A stretch of 64,000 bases of DNA, taken from assembly GCA_947073045.1 (NCBI GenBank), contig CAMTJU010000005.1, positions 2,187 through 66,186 of the forward strand, in the 5' to 3' direction. The stretch's first letter is position 1. Every line of letters starts with the position of its first letter. The notes beneath the pieces are model-generated. The model did no database searches and was not told the origin of the DNA. It worked only from the letters and a program-made list of their open reading frames with translations. This DNA comes from an uncultured Clostridia bacterium. Lineage in GTDB: Bacteria; Bacillota; Clostridia; Lachnospirales; CAMVHY01. The position numbers were made by a program, and so were the translations under genes. Positions 63,119 through 64,000 of this stretch are shown here, piece by piece.

Positions 63119-64000
63119 TTATTTTACTGTCCATATTTTAGAGTCAATCCCATAGAACTCTGATACTTTTTTAAACATTATGTTTAATTGCTTGTAAAAT
63201 TTAGCAATGCTGTCCGAATATTCATCATCGTGTAACCAATATTTAAAAAGTAATTCAAAAAATCTTTGATGTTTAATGAAAGTATTCTTTCGCATTTCAC
63301 GTTCTACACCATGTGTACTTTTATTTTCTCTACGCAATTCCTGTAATGTTAAATCTATTTGTTCAATATCATTTTTTATATTATCTCTAAAGTACACCTT
63401 GCCATAATTCAATTCCAAAATCGTATCTGCTGTCCAAAAAGGTGAATTGTTATCATAAAGAAACATAGCATAGGACATGATTATTTTTTCTGGCGAATCA
63501 CCTCCCGGAAGCGTGATGGTATATTTATTTAAGTCTCCATTTTGGTCTCCGTCTAAAATACAAATATACTTCATGGTTGTTTTTAATAAATATGAATCAT
63601 TAAAAATTGATTTCAAATTGTCTGCCCCTATATTAGCATCTACAAAATGGAAAAAATGTCTAATTTGAGAAAACTCTACATATGTTTCTTCAAAATAGTC
63701 AAATAAAATTTGCAAAAAAAACCGCGCTTCGTTATCTTCGGTAAAGATGGGAATCTTCTTGCTTAAATAAATATCATCTTTTGTAACATTATGTAGATAC
63801 ATTTTAATTTTGTATATATCCGGGGAGTTCATCTCCACTACAGATGATATATTATCAATCAAGTAAATAACATTATCCTTTTTCTTTAACGCATATTCTA
63901 AGGCAGATAAGCTATGTGTTGTAAAAAATATTTGAATTTTATACGCATTAGAATACTCTCTAAAAATATCCAATAGCTTAAACTGCAAAGATGGGTGCAA
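63119..64000 (-). CDS. C-terminal part of an ABC/AAA ATPase fused to a TOPRIM-like domain (OLD-like; 5' end outside the window)
   Basis: LHPSLQ (D-loop end) and FFTTHS (H-loop), then IFTED..AR and ICILDGD..LPG..SPE acidic TOPRIM-type motifs. Confidence 0.8.
   Translation of the reverse strand: MHPSLQFKLLDIFREYSNAYKIQIFFTTHSLSALEYALKKKDNVIYLIDNISSVVEMNSPDIYKIKMYLHNVTKDDIYLSKKIPIFTEDNEARFFLQILFDYFEETYVEFSQIRHFFHFVDANIGADNLKSIFNDSYLLKTTMKYICILDGDQNGDLNKYTITLPGGDSPEKIIMSYAMFLYDNNSPFWTADTILELNYGKVYFRDNIKNDIEQIDLTLQELRRENKSTHGVEREMRKNTFIKHQRFFELLFKYWLHDDEYSDSIAKFYKQLNIMFKKVSEFYGIDSKIWTVK

Noticed and set aside
63998-64000. TTG start of the last ORF
   Set aside because: Window-edge artefact; it is the Leu of the internal LHP motif

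Overview
This is a low-GC (AT-rich) chromosomal segment of a spore-forming Clostridia-type Firmicute; the taxon is inferred from gene content such as spoIVA, cotJABC, ppdK, rplU-prp-rpmA and a CIRCE box. Most genes are housekeeping: a complete V/A-type ATPase operon, cotJABC, gpsA, an LTA synthase, the ireB-ruvX-rnj block, secDF, PTS nagE, grpE-dnaK, ppdK, spoIVA, fba, wecB, addB, prmC-prfA, aroA, dcd, rplU-prp-rpmA, miaB and an SLH protein. Many normally conserved operons are broken apart. No rRNA, tRNA or CRISPR array was seen. Five things stand out. (1) A dispersed palindromic repeat family has five copies; one inverted pair bounds a ~22.6 kb segment whose inversion would restore the usual gpsA->spoIVA order and join LCP->ltaS. 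(2) Three lineage-specific orphan genes have near-identical strong promoters. One (>=873 aa) is missed by the ORF track, and two have a bilobed hydrophobic segment plus an N/Q-rich tail ending in NQPL[LV], resembling effectors. (3) A degenerate IS3-family element sits in the loop of a terminator hairpin. (4) At the right edge an ABC-ATPase/TOPRIM-like gene is coupled to a Dam-like adenine methyltransferase, a candidate defence module. (5) Several core proteins are odd variants: a RuvX-DUF1292 fusion, a signal-anchored PncC and an AroA with active-site substitutions. All calls come from motif recognition by eye; no searches were run.
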